Source of the DNA: Octopus sinensis
Taxonomy: Eukaryota
NCBI RefSeq assembly: GCF_006345805.1
Contig: NC_042998.1
Coordinates: 163,990,001-164,054,000 of the forward strand
Length of the DNA: 64,000 nt
Direction: 5' to 3'
Shown here: positions 27,040 through 41,499 of the stretch, piece by piece
Numbering within the stretch: the stretch's first letter is position 1
How the letters are laid out: each line of letters opens with the position of its first letter
Program-made: the position numbers and the translations under genes
Notes under the pieces: model-generated
Databases searched by the model: none
Seen by the model: only the letters and a program-made list of their open reading frames with translations
Told to the model about the DNA's origin: nothing

Positions 27040-27660
27040 ATATAGCTAAAAATCCAAGAGGATAATTTGGTTCCTTCCTCCTTTCCTTTAATGTTAAAAC
27101 CAATATAGGCAAAAGATTGCCATTTCTCCTAGACAAGCATTTTTCCATTAAATCACAGGTATAGAAAAATGTTCAACAGGTGCTCACTCAAATTATCATA
27201 TAGCTGCTGCCCCAGAATGAAGAACATCATAACATGCAAACAGCACCAAGAGCCTATTTCCACTCGGCCAGGGGTGCATTATTAAATCCGTCAAAAATGA
27301 GCAGAAGTTACTAGATGATAACATAACCGATAAGAAGAGCTACATCGGGATATGTGAAGGTGACATCAAAAATCGCTATGCTAACCAAAAATCTTCCTTT
27401 CGGCCCTGGAACAAAAGTAAAAATACCAAATTGGCTAGCCGCCTATAGGGTTTGAAGTCTAACGCCACAACATATACAAACAAGTGGAAAATCTTTGGAA
27501 AGTCCACACCAGATATCAACGGATCAAAAAAAAATGTAAGCTATGCGTAACTGAAAGAGCACAGATCCTTTTCAGATCTACGGACTCCACTGCACTGCTA
27601 AATTCCAGATCTAAAATTTTCAGATGTAAACATATGGATAAGTTCCTGTTGATGAATTAG
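27040..27660 (+). mobile_element. PLE linker and GIY-YIG remnant
   Basis: RIIWFLPPF..NVKTNIGK..LLDKHF, LKLSYSC, KSYIGICEGDIKNRYANQKSSF, KWKI, CKLCVTERAQIL and LLNSRSKIFRCKH. Confidence 0.85.
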
Positions 27661-28705
27661 AAAATATTACCCTTTTCGGATTGAGCAGCTGTACCTCAGA
27701 CTCTAGGTCCTTTACGGTCAAAGGGGTCATAAGTAATTCTCCTAATTTCTCCTTTTCTCTTTTTCTTTTGCGTTTTCCTTTACATTTTCCACCCTTCCCA
27801 TCTTTCTTCTCACCTTTTTTCATATTTTCTCTTATTCTATCATCTTGTTATATCTTATGCTATGTGAGCAGAGCCTGGGGACTGCGTGAAGGCACTGGAC
27901 GTGTTATAAAATGCTGTCTGAATTGTTTTCGTTGCATGAAACTAATATTAGCTCATAAAAATATACATACTGTGTTTATTAAATAATATATGCTTGCATA
28001 CATACATGCATACACACGTACGTATATGCATACATACATACATACATACATACATACATACATACTACATACATACATACATACATACATACATACATAC
28101 ATACATGCATATATGCATGCATACTGCTGGTAAGTTGTCTCTGGTCAGGTCGACAGATTAGTTCACATCATGCCCCTGGTATTGTTCCAGATCTGACATG
28201 CTTAACTTCCAACAGTCGTACTGTACAAGGAATATATAGTTAATTAGGTACGGTAGGAGCGCTGTATAACAGGTGGGAAATATTCTATGTACTGTTCAAA
28301 TATTCTTCAAGAAGTTACATCTGTTTTCGTTTGTATTTTAGCTTAAGTCCATAATTATGTTTTTACAGGTGGATCTGCAGAGAATGGAAAGAAATACATG
28401 ATCTGGGGGTGGAATGATTGCGACGTCGACAACGATGATAATGATGAGAACGATGATGATGGTGGTGTGGCGGTTATGGTAGTGAAGGAGAAGATTGAGA
28501 TGGTGATGGTTAGGGATGACGACCACTACGATGATGATGATGGTGATAATGATGATGATGATGGTACTAGTGGTGAAAAAGGGGGAGGTGGTGATGGTAA
28601 TGGTTAGAGATGATGATGACAACGATGATGAGGAAACCTTTGTGATTTGGAGGAGTTGTTCCCTGTGTAATGTTTGACTGAATCGTGTGTAAAAAAAAGG
28701 GAATA

Positions 28706-28917
28706 TTATTCTTTTATTCTTTTATTTGTTTCACTCATTTGACTGTGGCCATGCTGGAGCACCGCCTTTAGTCGAGCAAATCGACCCCAGGACTTATTCT
28801 TTGTAAGCCAAGTACTTATTCTGTCGGTCTTTCTTACTGAACCGCTAAGTGACGGGGACGTAAACACACCAGCATCGGTTGTCAAGCGGTGTTGGGATGA
28901 CAAACGCAGACACATAA

Positions 28918-28968
<51 letters not shown>

Positions 28969-29126
28969 CGACGGGCTTCTTTCAGTTTCCGTCTACCTAA
29001 TCCACTCACAAAGCTTTGGTCAACCCGAGGCTATAGTAGAAGACACTTGTCCAAGGTGCCACGCAGTGGGACTGAACCCGGAACCATGTGGTTGGTAACC
29101 AAACTACTTACCACACAGCCACTCCT
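28706..29126 (-). mobile_element. tRNA-derived SINE, full length
   Basis: Near-identical to 9998-10450. Confidence 0.9.
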
Positions 29127-29835
29127 GCGCCTATATATGAACAGAAGTGTAAAAATTAATCCCTCTTTAAATAAAAGAGTAAAATCTACTAATGACCAAC
29201 TTTATATACAATCAGCACATAAAACAGTGAATGCGCTATAACTTGGTCTCTTGACTAGCTAGAAATAGCAGCCAAATCTATCCCTTCTCCGTTTTAGATC
29301 ACATTCATTCGTTTTAAGTATAGGAAGGCTACATTAGTTATATTCTTAAACATCTCTTAAAAATGGACTCAACCGCAATGATCGATCATGGTTGCTCAAA
29401 GGATAAACATCAACAACAAAACCATTCCTTTACTGTTATTAACAACATTAACAGAAAGTGTTACATCGCTTACATCGCTAATTTAATTTAATTTAATTTA
29501 ATTCGTCCTTAGTCGAAAGACACCTGTTGTTATGTCCTCTTATTTGTATTTGTGTAATATCCTCCGTTTTTTTCCCGTCCTTGTTTTCGTATACATTCGC
29601 TGCTTTCTTCCAAGGAATCTAATGCTCTTAGCTTAGTTTTTCCTTGGGGCTGGCCAGATTGGAGCAATCTCGAGTATAACCAGCCGAAATTGCAAAGATA
29701 ATCTGGAACTCGACTGAGGAAAGAAAAACTTCGAATGACCCGTCCTTGTTTTCTTTGTATGGTCTATCTGGATGCTGTGTTGTCCCTTTTTTGTATCACT
29801 TAACTGTCTGGATGTTTTGCGTTCTTGTTCCATTT

Positions 29836-29884
<49 letters not shown>

Positions 29885-29889
<5 letters not shown>

Positions 29890-30211
29890 CAGCGTGGAAG
29901 GTGTTTGTAAGCCATTTAAGAAACACACAAAAGCCGTTCGATTCACTTCAACATTTAAGTTTAATTTGTCAAAATATTTTCGTTGCTATAAGACCGCGAC
30001 GTGTTCACTGACAAAAATCCGTGCTGCATCTGACATCAGATGCATCAGATGCATCAGATGCATCAGATGCAGCACGGAATTTTGTCAGTGAACACGTCGC
30101 GGTCTTATAGCAACGAAAATATTTTGACAAATTAAACTTAAATGTTGAAGTGAATCGAACGGCTTTTGTGTGTTTCTTAAATGGCTTACAAACACCCTCC
30201 ACGCTGCAATT
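29885..30211. repeat. 327-bp near-perfect palindrome with a (CATCAGATG)n centre
   Basis: The ~145-bp arms are exact reverse complements apart from a few substitutions. The track's two ORFs share the identical peptide SVEGVCKPFKKHTKAVRFTST on opposite strands. Confidence 0.95.
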
Positions 30212-30266
30212 GTTTTCGTTCCAGCACACGATCTCAGATCAAATCACTTGCTATGCGAGTACATCT

Positions 30267-30328
<62 letters not shown>

Positions 30329-30509
30329 TATATATTACTTCTTTGTATATTTTTCCCTCACGGGCTATTCTTTACTGGAAAGCAATACTCTAGTATTGCA
30401 TTACTAATTTATTGAAACTTCTTCATCGTTCTCGTGCTGTTAGCGTTTCGGCGTTTCAGTCGAGTGTAATGGCATTAATGTGGTAACATCTGAAATTTTG
30501 TCGTGGTAT

Positions 30510-30589
30510 ATGTTTGGCTGATGAAGATAGATCAAGTTTATGGGTGCAGACATACCTTGAAAAATCTGAAACCTGCGCGGGTCCCACAT
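30510..30589 (+). ncRNA. Type I hammerhead ribozyme (GUC site)
   Basis: auguuuGG-CUGAUGA-AGAU-(UCAAG..CUUGA extension)-AUCU-GAAA-CCU-GCGC-GGG-UC^CCacau. It lies in a ~450-bp block (30330-30780) between (TA)n tracts. Confidence 0.75.
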
Positions 30590-30774
30590 TATCCTTTTCC
30601 AGGTATTTCATCTTTCAGATGTTCTCCCTGGAGGTAAGACAATTTTTTCTAGTTTGTTGCACACACGCATTTTTGCTAGTACATACGCGGTGAAGCTATA
30701 CATTAGCGTCGTATTATTACGTTCGCTATTTCCAGTAAATATCGGTACTTCGTTGTGCCATATATTTACTTCTT

Positions 30775-30847
<73 letters not shown>

Positions 30848-32368
30848 CCATACTCATAAATACACTGATCAGGTTTCTAAACACCACCAACTATAATCAA
30901 AAGCTTTCCATGAAAGTGTTATCTTTCTTGCTCTTTTCAAAGTATTTCCCATTTTTGCAGAAAAGATGACCCGCTGTGCTGTTTTTGCTAGTATATTCGA
31001 TGTATAATGATTGGAATGAAAAATCATAGTATTGATTGCTATTATATCTCAGCAATTGCTTTTATGACGCAACCAGTTTTGGTTGTAATAATGCTTCTGA
31101 GCCACGGTTGTCATGACATAGATCAGTGGTCGTAATATAAAGAAACGCCTCAGCTGTGTTTAAATGACACAAATAAGATGTGGATTGTCATGAGACTGTA
31201 CAGCAGATGGTTGAAAAGAAGTTGCTGTGGCGGTTGTTATAATATATAGCACAGTGAAGATTCTATTCAAATAGCTCGGCAATGACTGTAATGACACAGA
31301 TAAGCTGCAATTGTAAAAAACAATATTTATGGTAATGAGATCGTAGAAGTCTGTGTAACGTCACATCTCAGTTGCGGTTATAACGAAATAGTTTAATTGT
31401 GGCGGTGAGGATAAAATTACATTTTAATTAAACGGATTGCTTTAATTAAATAAATTTAATTAAGCAGTGCTGAAAACTGTAATGGCTCAGTTTTTTTTTA
31501 TATATACAATGTTGATTTTATTACAAATGGTTTAGTGTTAGTTGAATTAAAGCAGTTAAGTGGTGGTTGCAATGATACAACAGAGATGTGACTGTAATGA
31601 AATAACAGTGGTGGTTGCAGTAACCCAACTCTGTGATGATTGTAATGACATAACTACTAATCCGTGGTTGTGTAAGTTCTTGCACTCGTTGAAATGAAAC
31701 AGTTTAGAAGTGCTTATAAGGAAGCACATCGGTAGTGGGGAAAACCGATTCAGACTCCTGTGTCTTTATTCTGGAGTCTCTGTTACGAGCCAATTTTTAT
31801 ATTTGAGAGATCGTGGCCAGTCGGTTCTGCCAGGCACAATGAGATTACTTTCGTCTTCATTGAAATTCATGTGCAGACATTTGGTTCAGTTTTTATATCG
31901 ATTATTATCTGATTCAATTGCTCTTCTCTTTTTTCCTTTATTGTAGTGTATATGCTTCCAACTATTCAGGTGCAGTTGCATATTCTTGTGGCAGCACGCG
32001 TAAGGTTCATGTAACACCTATTCTCAAAAAAGGAAAAATCAAATGTAACAATATTATGTGGATATAAAAAACTTTTTGAGAGTCACTCTCATCAAGTTAA
32101 ATAATTTCAATATATTTATTTTAAATCTCACCAAAAATACAAACACATGCACTCACACATACAGGCGCACACACATGCAGGATTCAATAAGAAAAGTTCT
32201 TTTCCTTGTTAACCATTCAATAACTGATTCATGATTGTCGCACAACTTAATGATATAAAAGAAACTGAGAACATGGAAGGATATCATCCAGAATTCTTTT
32301 GAACAGAACGGCAGTGGGATATTTTTTTGCAATAATTATGATTCCAATACTGGACTAAGCATTCATAA

Positions 32369-32586
32369 AGGAGTGGCTGTGTGGTAAGAAGCTTGCTTCC
32401 CAATCACATAGTTCCAGGTTCAGTCCCACTGCGTAACACCTTGGGCAAATGTCTTCTACTATAGTCTCCGGTCGACCATAGCCTTGTGAGTACTGGGGTC
32501 GATTCATTCGACTAAAAATTCAAGGTAGTGTCCCAGCATGGCTACAGTCCAATGACTGAAACAAGTAAAAGGTAAAAGATAAAGAT
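32369..32586 (+). mobile_element. Internally deleted tRNA-derived SINE
   Basis: Head with A and B boxes joined directly to the CCAGCATGGC..TGACTGAAACAAGTAAAA tail. Confidence 0.85.
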
Positions 32587-32649
32587 ATAAAAGATTATCT
32601 TAAGAAACGATGGTTAACTAACTACGTAACAGACTGCAAAGCCTTTGTA

Positions 32650-33190
32650 GTGTACAGAAACAACATTTGCTGCAGCGGCAATTATTCGAATGGAGTACTA
32701 AAATGTCCGTCATATCACCCATGTTCTTCGGCCTATGTCTATACCACCTTCTCGCATCCCCATAAGATAGGCAGACAGGAACTTGTGCGCAGTGGATATA
32801 GATATCACACTCGCATGCTCTCACCATTCTTCAGAAACTTTTCACAGCTATGAACAACTCTACGTAAATCTTGTTTTCCGGCTCCAACCTTGCTGCATCG
32901 GCTGCAATCCCGGGTGTCGCCACACGTAACGCAGAGGAGAGGAAAATCAATAAATATAGGGGCCCGACCGGCCGCTGCCAGTTTGTACCAGTCGCCATCG
33001 ACACGTCAGGTGTTGTTAGACTCCCCACAACCAATTTCTTACACAAAATAGAGATAATGACGGTCCGTCGGAGAAATGAGCCCCGCAAGGGGGATTGTCG
33101 CTGGCCATTCTCCGCAGCAACGCCATCGCGGTTTTTACCGCGAATCACAGCAGAATACCCCACTTGCTCTGGCGTATGTTGCCCATCTCC
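32650..33190 (+). mobile_element. C-terminal restriction-like endonuclease remnant of a CRE-like non-LTR retrotransposon
   Basis: SAAIPGVATRNAEERKINKY..FVPVAIDTSG..FL and AILRSNAIAV resemble the 'AAA..AE..K..KY..F.P.A.ET.G..A+QRGNA' signature of RLE-encoding CRE-type elements. Confidence 0.65.
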
Positions 33191-34963
33191 TCTCACTGTC
33201 CATCTTCTACTGCTTTCCCTCTGAATGATTATGTTTGCACATGAAATTCTTGCTATTTAAAGATGGATATTACAGACTAATGACAATTCTATGCACATCA
33301 TTGTATCTAAATAGTGCCAAACACTATTGTTAAGCTCTTGGATGACCGAGTCAGAAGTGGTTTTAATTTCCAATAGAAGACATACTACTTCTCTTTAATT
33401 ATTAATTCCTGCCCTTAAACTAAAAAAAAAGCATAAACGTCCCTGTATGTAATTTTTCACTCTCTCTCTCTCACTTTTTTTTAGTGCAAACTTAAACTTT
33501 GTTGCTTATGCAAATTTCCTGACATGCTAACGCGGTATATTCTATCTAAACGCCATGTAAAAATGTGACAATATCATGCCTAATATAATGGATCCGAATA
33601 TTTTCAATCAAAAATGATGCCTATGTACAGTGGCGTAGTGGGAGTGTGTGCCGCCAGGCCAGCCCTCGAGTTTTCTCCCACTCGGCATTAGAAGCTTATA
33701 CGGCAGGCCCCAAAACGATTCCACTATAAAAGCGTACACTGAAGCTGACTGACTCATCGCTTTCACCCCAGCTTGTATATACTTTCTCAGAAGAAGAATA
33801 TATATCCGAATTGTATGGTTTTTCTCTATATTCGGAAACTTCAACTGTCCATCACTTGCACATACTGATAATATTAGACGTGGACTTTTTTTTATCAGTT
33901 AACGATTAGTATTAGTAACAACTTGTTCAGCCATCATATGTTGGCATCTACTTGGTGCTCTGAGACATACTGCTACACCATCGACGAAATACGATTCCTT
34001 AATATGTAAATGAAGAAATAACATATTAGCTATTAAGCTACTGTGTTTCTATGTCTATTGATTTCTTCCATAAGCAACAGAGTATGAATTTACAGAAGAG
34101 GAAAAACATGAGATATTGAGACATTTATATTGTCCTGAATAACAAGAAAGAAGTGAAAGAATTAACAGTTTATGTAAGATAGTATGTTTTCAAGCGAAAA
34201 AATTGCTGATTCGCTCTTTCAAGAACTTAACAATACAGTGTTGGTCATTAATATGTAGAATATAAAATAACAACAATAACAACAAAAAGAAAGACTTGAA
34301 TAAATGAAATACTACGGACTATCTACCGTTTTCTTATATTCCCCCTTTAAAAGAATCATCCAAATGCAACTGGTTGTTATTGTACCCAAGAAGAAGAATA
34401 TTTCAGAAGTATTCTCAAATGCTGAACAAAAATCGTTTCGTAAGACAAGAATTCAATTATTTTCATCGTATAAGAAGAAATGGAAAATGTTAGTTATAAA
34501 TGTAATCAGTGTACTGATTATGGAAATATATGTTGTTGCACAGTTTTGCAATGTGTTCGTCATCATATCTTATTTGGTGTAATTGAATAATGTTCGTAAG
34601 TTACAAATGACTTAGCAGTTCACGATATGCATTACTGTATATTTAGCTCATAGAAATGTTTCACTCTACTCTTCGAGGTAATATAATTACATAATAATAG
34701 AACAGAAGTCTTTCAGCATGCAACAACTTTCAAAGAAGATTGTTTATATTTTAATTAGCGCTTATATTTTCATTTCATGCATACAGATACTAAATCCAAA
34801 CGTTAAAATACATCTCTTTCAAATGTTTGGGGCTTTTTTCTACTTTGCTAATGGATATTTCAAGTCTTAAAGAGTATAATTGACGTAAAAGAAAGCTCAA
34901 ATGGAACAGAAGCACCGTCAGCTTCAACGGCTTTTGTTTAGATATATTAAGATATACATCTAA

Positions 34964-35069
<106 letters not shown>

Positions 35070-35077
35070 GTCTGTCC

Positions 35078-35129
<52 letters not shown>

Positions 35130-35635
35130 TATATATATAAGAAGAAGAAGAAATAAGTAATTAACAAAGTAAAACCAGGAGAAAGTAAAATAGAAAACTA
35201 TGAGCTGAAAAGCAAGAAGATAAAGAAAAAGAAACAAACAGATTCACATACAAGCACCTCACCTCTTAAAAAAAAAAAATAAAAAGATGGAATCAATTTC
35301 GGCCAGTAACGGCTGCAACACGTCTGTTTGGGAAGGCAGATGAAAGCTTAATTACTTCAAGAGCTTTCCTAAACAAAGTGTGTCAACTTTGACCTAGACT
35401 AGTTTCCCACTTGTCAGGAAAGAATCTCATTTGTATTTTACAGATGTTCAAATGGAGCCACATTTCTTTCAAAAATCATAGAAATTAAAAAGAATTGGAG
35501 AAAAACGATCGTTCCGTGTGTCTCAAGTTCTACACAACGGAAAGTAAACCGTTATTATTCTCTCACATCTTCATTCAGTTGGTAGACTTTAGATAAGTTT
35601 GAATAAGAAGTATCGGTTGTCTGTGTGTGTGTCTG

Positions 35636-35720
<85 letters not shown>

Positions 35721-36292
35721 ATATCTATCTATCTATCTATCTATCTACCTACATGACTTATATCAAAATATATATACACATGTATAAATATGCACACATA
35801 TATATATATACACATACACCATACATCTCTCTTCCTCCCCCTCTCTCTCTATCACACACAGATACTCAAAGGCGCACGCACATGCACGTAAATACACGCA
35901 AGTGTCTCTGGAGCACAGACGAATCAGAATAGATTTTCTTACAAAGGTTTCGCAGGGATTTATAACGTTTATAAACGTTATAAATGCCTGGTAATCTATA
36001 TGAGAAGATTCTTTGGCGACAACAGATCTTACATCGGTAGATGATTGAGAACCTTTTGTAACATACATACATACATACATACATACATACATACATACAT
36101 ACATACATAGGGCACAGAAAGAGTGTCTATAGCCAGCTGGAGGAGGTGTCCTCCTGGGGCTACAAACTACAGTAGCATCCACCATATTTAAATGGCAAAT
36201 GTACGTTACAATAATAAATTTGCTTTCTGCAAAACGTATTGAGCAATCCTTCAATTTTTCACTCCCCCTCTCTCTCATACACACACATATAC

Positions 36293-36420
<128 letters not shown>

Positions 36421-36563
36421 ATATATTATATATATATATATATTATATATATATATATATGTATATATAGGGGGAGAATTCACAAAAAGCTAAACAAAAG
36501 ACGAAGACAGGTGGCGTAGACAACAAATAGATGTATTTGTATAACGCTCGGGAAGTGAAAAAG

Positions 36564-36601
36564 TCTTTAACGTTTCGAGCCTACGCTCTTCCACAGAAAG
36601 A
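36564..36601 (-). ncRNA. Hammerhead-like motif with a variant core (CUGUGGA), in a short repeat at ~36470-36640
   Basis: UCUUU-CUGUGGA-A-GAGC-guag-GCUC-GAAA-CG-UU^AAAGA; A6 is replaced. Confidence 0.5.
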
Positions 36602-37058
36602 AACAAGGAGAGAAAATAAAGAATGTGTAGTGGCTACACTCACACTTTTTATTAAGCCGAAAACATCTTCCCAAACTTTTACTTACAGTTTCACGTTACC
36701 GTTCGTCGAACAATTGTGTTCATACTCTGATCAAAACTGTTTAACGAACGGTGACGTGAAACTTAGAAAAACAGTTCGTGAAGACTTTTTTCGGAGTTGA
36801 TAAAAAGCATATTACTCTACCTTTGATATACAAGAGCAATCTTTCCCATCATGCTTTGAATTTATGTGTGTGTGTGTGTGTGTTGTGTGTGTGTGTGTGT
36901 ATGTATGAATGTATGTATGTATATATGTATATTATATGTAGGAACCTTTATATTTATGTTGCATGGCAAAAAACCAAAAATCTATGTGTATTTGACTGAT
37001 ATAAATACGCGTAAGATAACAGTAAATATTAATATAAACAAAATTTGTTTTGTTCTGA

Positions 37059-37211
<153 letters not shown>

Positions 37212-37221
37212 ATATATAGAT

Positions 37222-37269
<48 letters not shown>

Positions 37270-37582
37270 ATAGCTATATACAAATATAATTATAAACATA
37301 ATGATAATTAGGGTTCAGCTAATTGCTTCACCACATACCGAATTTAGAAATAGGAGTTAAAATTTTCTTTTCTACTACTGTAATCTCCATGACGATAACA
37401 TACTTTTTTACGAAAGTAAATAAATGTAAAAAGGTATGTTACCTTATAATTATAAAATATTTGTATAATTTTACCTATAAAGGTTATTTTAAAGTACCGA
37501 TCTACTTGGTGAAATTATTAATTAATTGATTGATTAATGAATTAATTTAATAAATTTTACCCTTTTATTATTGATTTAAAAT

Positions 37583-37616
<34 letters not shown>

Positions 37617-39639
37617 ATATATACACACACACACAAACATTGAATTATAAACTGCTATATTTTTTATATATATACACACACAAACATTGAATTATAAACT
37701 GCTATATTTTTTATGAGAAATTTACTCAGTTTGAGAGAAATATGTATTCTTATTACATTTTACTTAGACTTTTGAAAGTGGAACTATTAATGTATTGAAT
37801 CGTCACCAATATACCTGTATCTGCGATGTATTTTATCGACTTCAAAGGGGATCAAACTACATAGATCAGCACAAGAAATTAAATTTGGGTGTATTTGATT
37901 TAATACTGTAACATAATCAGCCAATTTGCCCTTTCTTTTGTTGCTGTGTGTTTTACAATTTTATCATCATGCATTTTTAAAGCTACCACCCAGCTATAAA
38001 TTTTGTGATTGGATTCTAGTAAATTAAACCGTTCCCTGAACTTAGCTGGTACACATTTTATCGACCAAGGAAGGATGAAAAATAATGTCAACATCGGCGG
38101 GATTCACACTCTGAAATAATGGTTTCTGATTTAGGCATTAGGTTGACAGTTTTGAATAGAGAAGGGTTAGTTGATAACATAAACTCGGTACGTGAATGGT
38201 AATAAAATTTATAGATCCCGGAGGGATGAAAGATAGAGTTAGATTTGTTATGATTTGAGCGCAGAAGGCAAAGAACCGGAAGAAATTTTGCTAGCCATAT
38301 TTTTCTATACTTCTACAATTCTGCAAGATCACTGCATTTTATATTATAATAGAAATAAAAGACATTTTGGTCGTTGCTCTCTCGATTTTGACAAAAAATA
38401 TCGCGCAGTGATATTTGGCAAAAAATATCGTGCAGATCTTATCAATCTGTCAAGAGAGTAGAACTACATCAATCATCATCAGACTATCAAAGGAAACGTT
38501 AGTAAAAGGACAGTGAAAACTTGAGGTGAGTCCTCAGAGCTAATGCATACGGCATGAGTATAACACAAGAAACATTACCAAATTATTTCATACATATTTT
38601 TCTGTCAGATAATGGAATCAACGAGAAATATGAAACATAAAAAGTGCATGCAGCGTATTTAATTCACAACCTATCAGTTTGGTAGTCTAATAGTTTATCC
38701 TCTAAACTCTTCAATCAGATCGAGATATTGCTTGAGAAATTGTCCTCTTTTATATTCCAAGTTCAAATCATAAAGTCTACTTAGCCTTCTATCTTTTCTA
38801 GGGTAGATACAATAAGTCAATAAGTCAGTGGGTCGATGAAATTCCTCAAAATATTTTATTTGGGTGAATGTGTGGATATAACTTGTCAGAACGACGAACA
38901 GGTAAACAATGTAAAGAGGTAACAGGATCACATCTTAACTGTGGAGTCTCTATAATACGTGATAGCGTAATTTTATGACGAATATTTTCCTGAGATGAAA
39001 GTGATGGGTTACTGTTGCTGAGCTAGTAACCGTTTAAATAATGGTTTCAAATTTTGGCACAAGGCCAGCAATTTCGGAAGGGGGAGTTGATTACATTGAC
39101 CTCAGTTTTCAACTGGTACTTACTTTATCGATCCCAAAAGGATAATAGACAGAATCGATATCAATTTGAACGCATAACTTAAAGACGGATGAAATGCCGC
39201 TAAGCGTTTTCCCCAGAGCACGATTCTGCCAGCTCATTGCCTTAAGTAACCATTTAAATATTCCTTGTGTAGTGGTTAAGGTATTTGTCTCACAATCATA
39301 ATATTGCGGGTTCGATTCTTGCACTGGAAAGTGCGTGTGAAGGCACTTCATTTCACGTTGCTTCAGTTTACCTAGGTGAAAATGCTTGTCAACGGAGTAC
39401 TGGTGCAGCTTTCTATCCCTTCAGTTGTCATATTCTAGATGTGATAACTGGATTACAGGATGGGTGAATGGAGAGGAGGTCTGTATCTGCTGGCGACTAG
39501 ATACACACTTAAGGCAATTAGCGAAAACATCATACATGGTAGTAAGCCATACTCGCTCGTGAGTGACGACTGGCTCATTACAGGGTGTGATTTGAAGGCG
39601 ATTTAGCTGCGTTTTCTAAACAATCAAGAGACTGCAGTT

Positions 39640-39685
<46 letters not shown>

Positions 39686-39905
39686 GTAAAACAGAAGGAA
39701 GAATTTTGAAAGAAACTGCGTGGGGACTAAGAAATAAAAATATACGGAGAAACGAAACGGAAAATATGTTTTAAATAGTAAAAATTATAAATTAAAAATA
39801 CTTTTTGATAAAGAAGGGAAACGAGAGATAAAAATGAGCGAGAAAAACAGTGTAGGGAGTTGAGAGAAAGAAGGGGAGGTGAAAATAAAGGAAGTGGAGA
39901 GAGAG

Positions 39906-39936
<31 letters not shown>

Positions 39937-41139
39937 TAGAGATCGTGAGAAAGAGAAAACAGAACGTGTATCTGTAAGGATGATGTGTGTGTGTGTATGC
40001 ATAAGGGTAAGAAGAAGAATGGAGGTGTATGTGTGTGCGTATGTATGCGGGCTTGTGTGTATGTGTAAGAAACAACTAACTAAAATTACAAGAGGAAGAG
40101 AAAAAAATGATGTATGAGTGAATGACAGAAAAATGAAGCTCCGACTCCACCTACCTATCTAACAATCTAGCTGGCTTATTTATCAATATGTAGCCTTCCC
40201 CATCTAGCACCCTTTCAATCACTCTCCGTCTTTCTCATATCTTGTAACGTCTTCTTTCAGACTTCCGTCCAGGACTTCCGGTTAAAAGTCATTTGACAGG
40301 TGCGCTCTTTTGTCTATCAAGAAAAACATATTTCCTTTACAATTTCATCACCTCTAGAAACTCGTGTCCTCATTTTTTCCCGTCACCGCCTACTTTGTTT
40401 CATTCGCTTTTTCTTTCATACTGTCTCTCTCTTTCTCTTTATCTATATATGTGTGTGTGTGTGTGTGACTCTCCGCCTCTCTCTTTCGCTCTGGCGTGGC
40501 TTTGCAGTCAAGAAGTTGCGTCGCAACTACGTGGTTTCGGGTTCAATCTCATTGTCTGGCACCTTGGGCAAGTATCTCCTTCAATAGCACAGGGCGGACC
40601 AAAGCCTTGCAAGTGGATCTGATGGACGGAAACTGCGTTGTATATATTCTGCCCTGTGTTTCAGCCCAAAGGCTGAGGCCATGCTGGGGCACCGCCAGCA
40701 AAAAGCATGTAACGAAGCACCTTTTTAATTCCTGGCGGAGATCGAAACCGCCACCTTTATATCATACTACAACCAGCACCATATATATATTTATAGACGT
40801 ATACACAGGCACATACATCCACATAGTATCCCCCCCCACGTGTATGTCTTTCGTGCGCTTTTGTCTGAGTTTAATGTTTTTTTTTTGTCTGCCATCGCTT
40901 CATAACTGGTTTTATTCTACGCCTCCGAAGCAGATTACCGTATTTGCCGGTGTAGAAGACGCACTCTTGCATTTGACGTACTCCCAATTTTACAAGTATA
41001 TTTTGAGAAAAGAAAAACAAAACAAAACAAATGTACTGTGTTTCACCAGATACTTTAAAATACAAGTTGTTTTAGCTAAGTTGCGGAGAGGGATGTATGA
41101 TGTGTGCGCATGAATATTATACTATATAAGTATAAAGAG

Positions 41140-41460
41140 TAAATAGGTAAAGACCCCTTTCAGTCATAAATGATCATGGAATTGCACCTAGAAAGTTCTC
41201 CTCCCAGGCACAAGTCCGAGCAAAGTTGTTTATGGAAGACCAACAATAGCCCATGCAAACCAGCCTCCCCACCCCATACCACTGATGCTGTCCAAGGAAA
41301 AGGCAAACACAGCTTGGCACTTATGACGTCACAACTCATTTCTACAGCTGAGTGAGCTGGACCAACGTGAAATAAAGTGTTTTGATCAAGAACACAACAC
41401 ACAGCCCAGTCCGGCAATCGAATTCACTACTCCATGATTGTGAGCCCCACTGAACCAAGC
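41140..41460 (-). mobile_element. Third SINE family, diverged
   Basis: Minus-strand TGTGTTGTGTTCTTGATCAAAACACTTTATTTCACGTT..CAGCTCACTCAGCTG resembles the head and core of 56230-56520. Confidence 0.6.
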
Positions 41461-41499
41461 GCCTTCACTATAACAATATATTGGAATAAAATATGAGAC

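Noticed and set aside
27860-27910. HHR-like arrangement downstream of the 27040 PLE (GCAG..CTGC, ACGTGT)
   Set aside because: Neither CUGANGA nor GAAA is intact.
29705-29750. CTGAGGA-AAG..CTT-C-GAAT-GACCCGTC in a TA-flanked repeat (29480-29830)
   Set aside because: GAAA is replaced and there is no consistent stem I or stem III register.
30060-30100. GAACACGTC-GCGGTC half-motif in the palindrome arm
   Set aside because: No CUGANGA partner, and it is one A short of GAAAC.
30556-30633. Host-gene exons: a 72-nt minus-strand exon or a 15-nt plus-strand microexon
   Set aside because: The minus-strand candidate has stops in all three frames, and both lie in an HHR-bearing repeat. They are kept only as element-borne splice signals.
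30900-31700. Degenerate recurrences of GATGTGACTGTAATGACACA-like words
   Set aside because: Irregular spacing and low identity; it looks like an old decayed minisatellite with no supportable function.
39260-39340. tRNA gene (A/B-box-like sequence); likewise the other SINE heads
   Set aside because: No complete cloverleaf or acceptor stem; these are tRNA-derived SINE heads.
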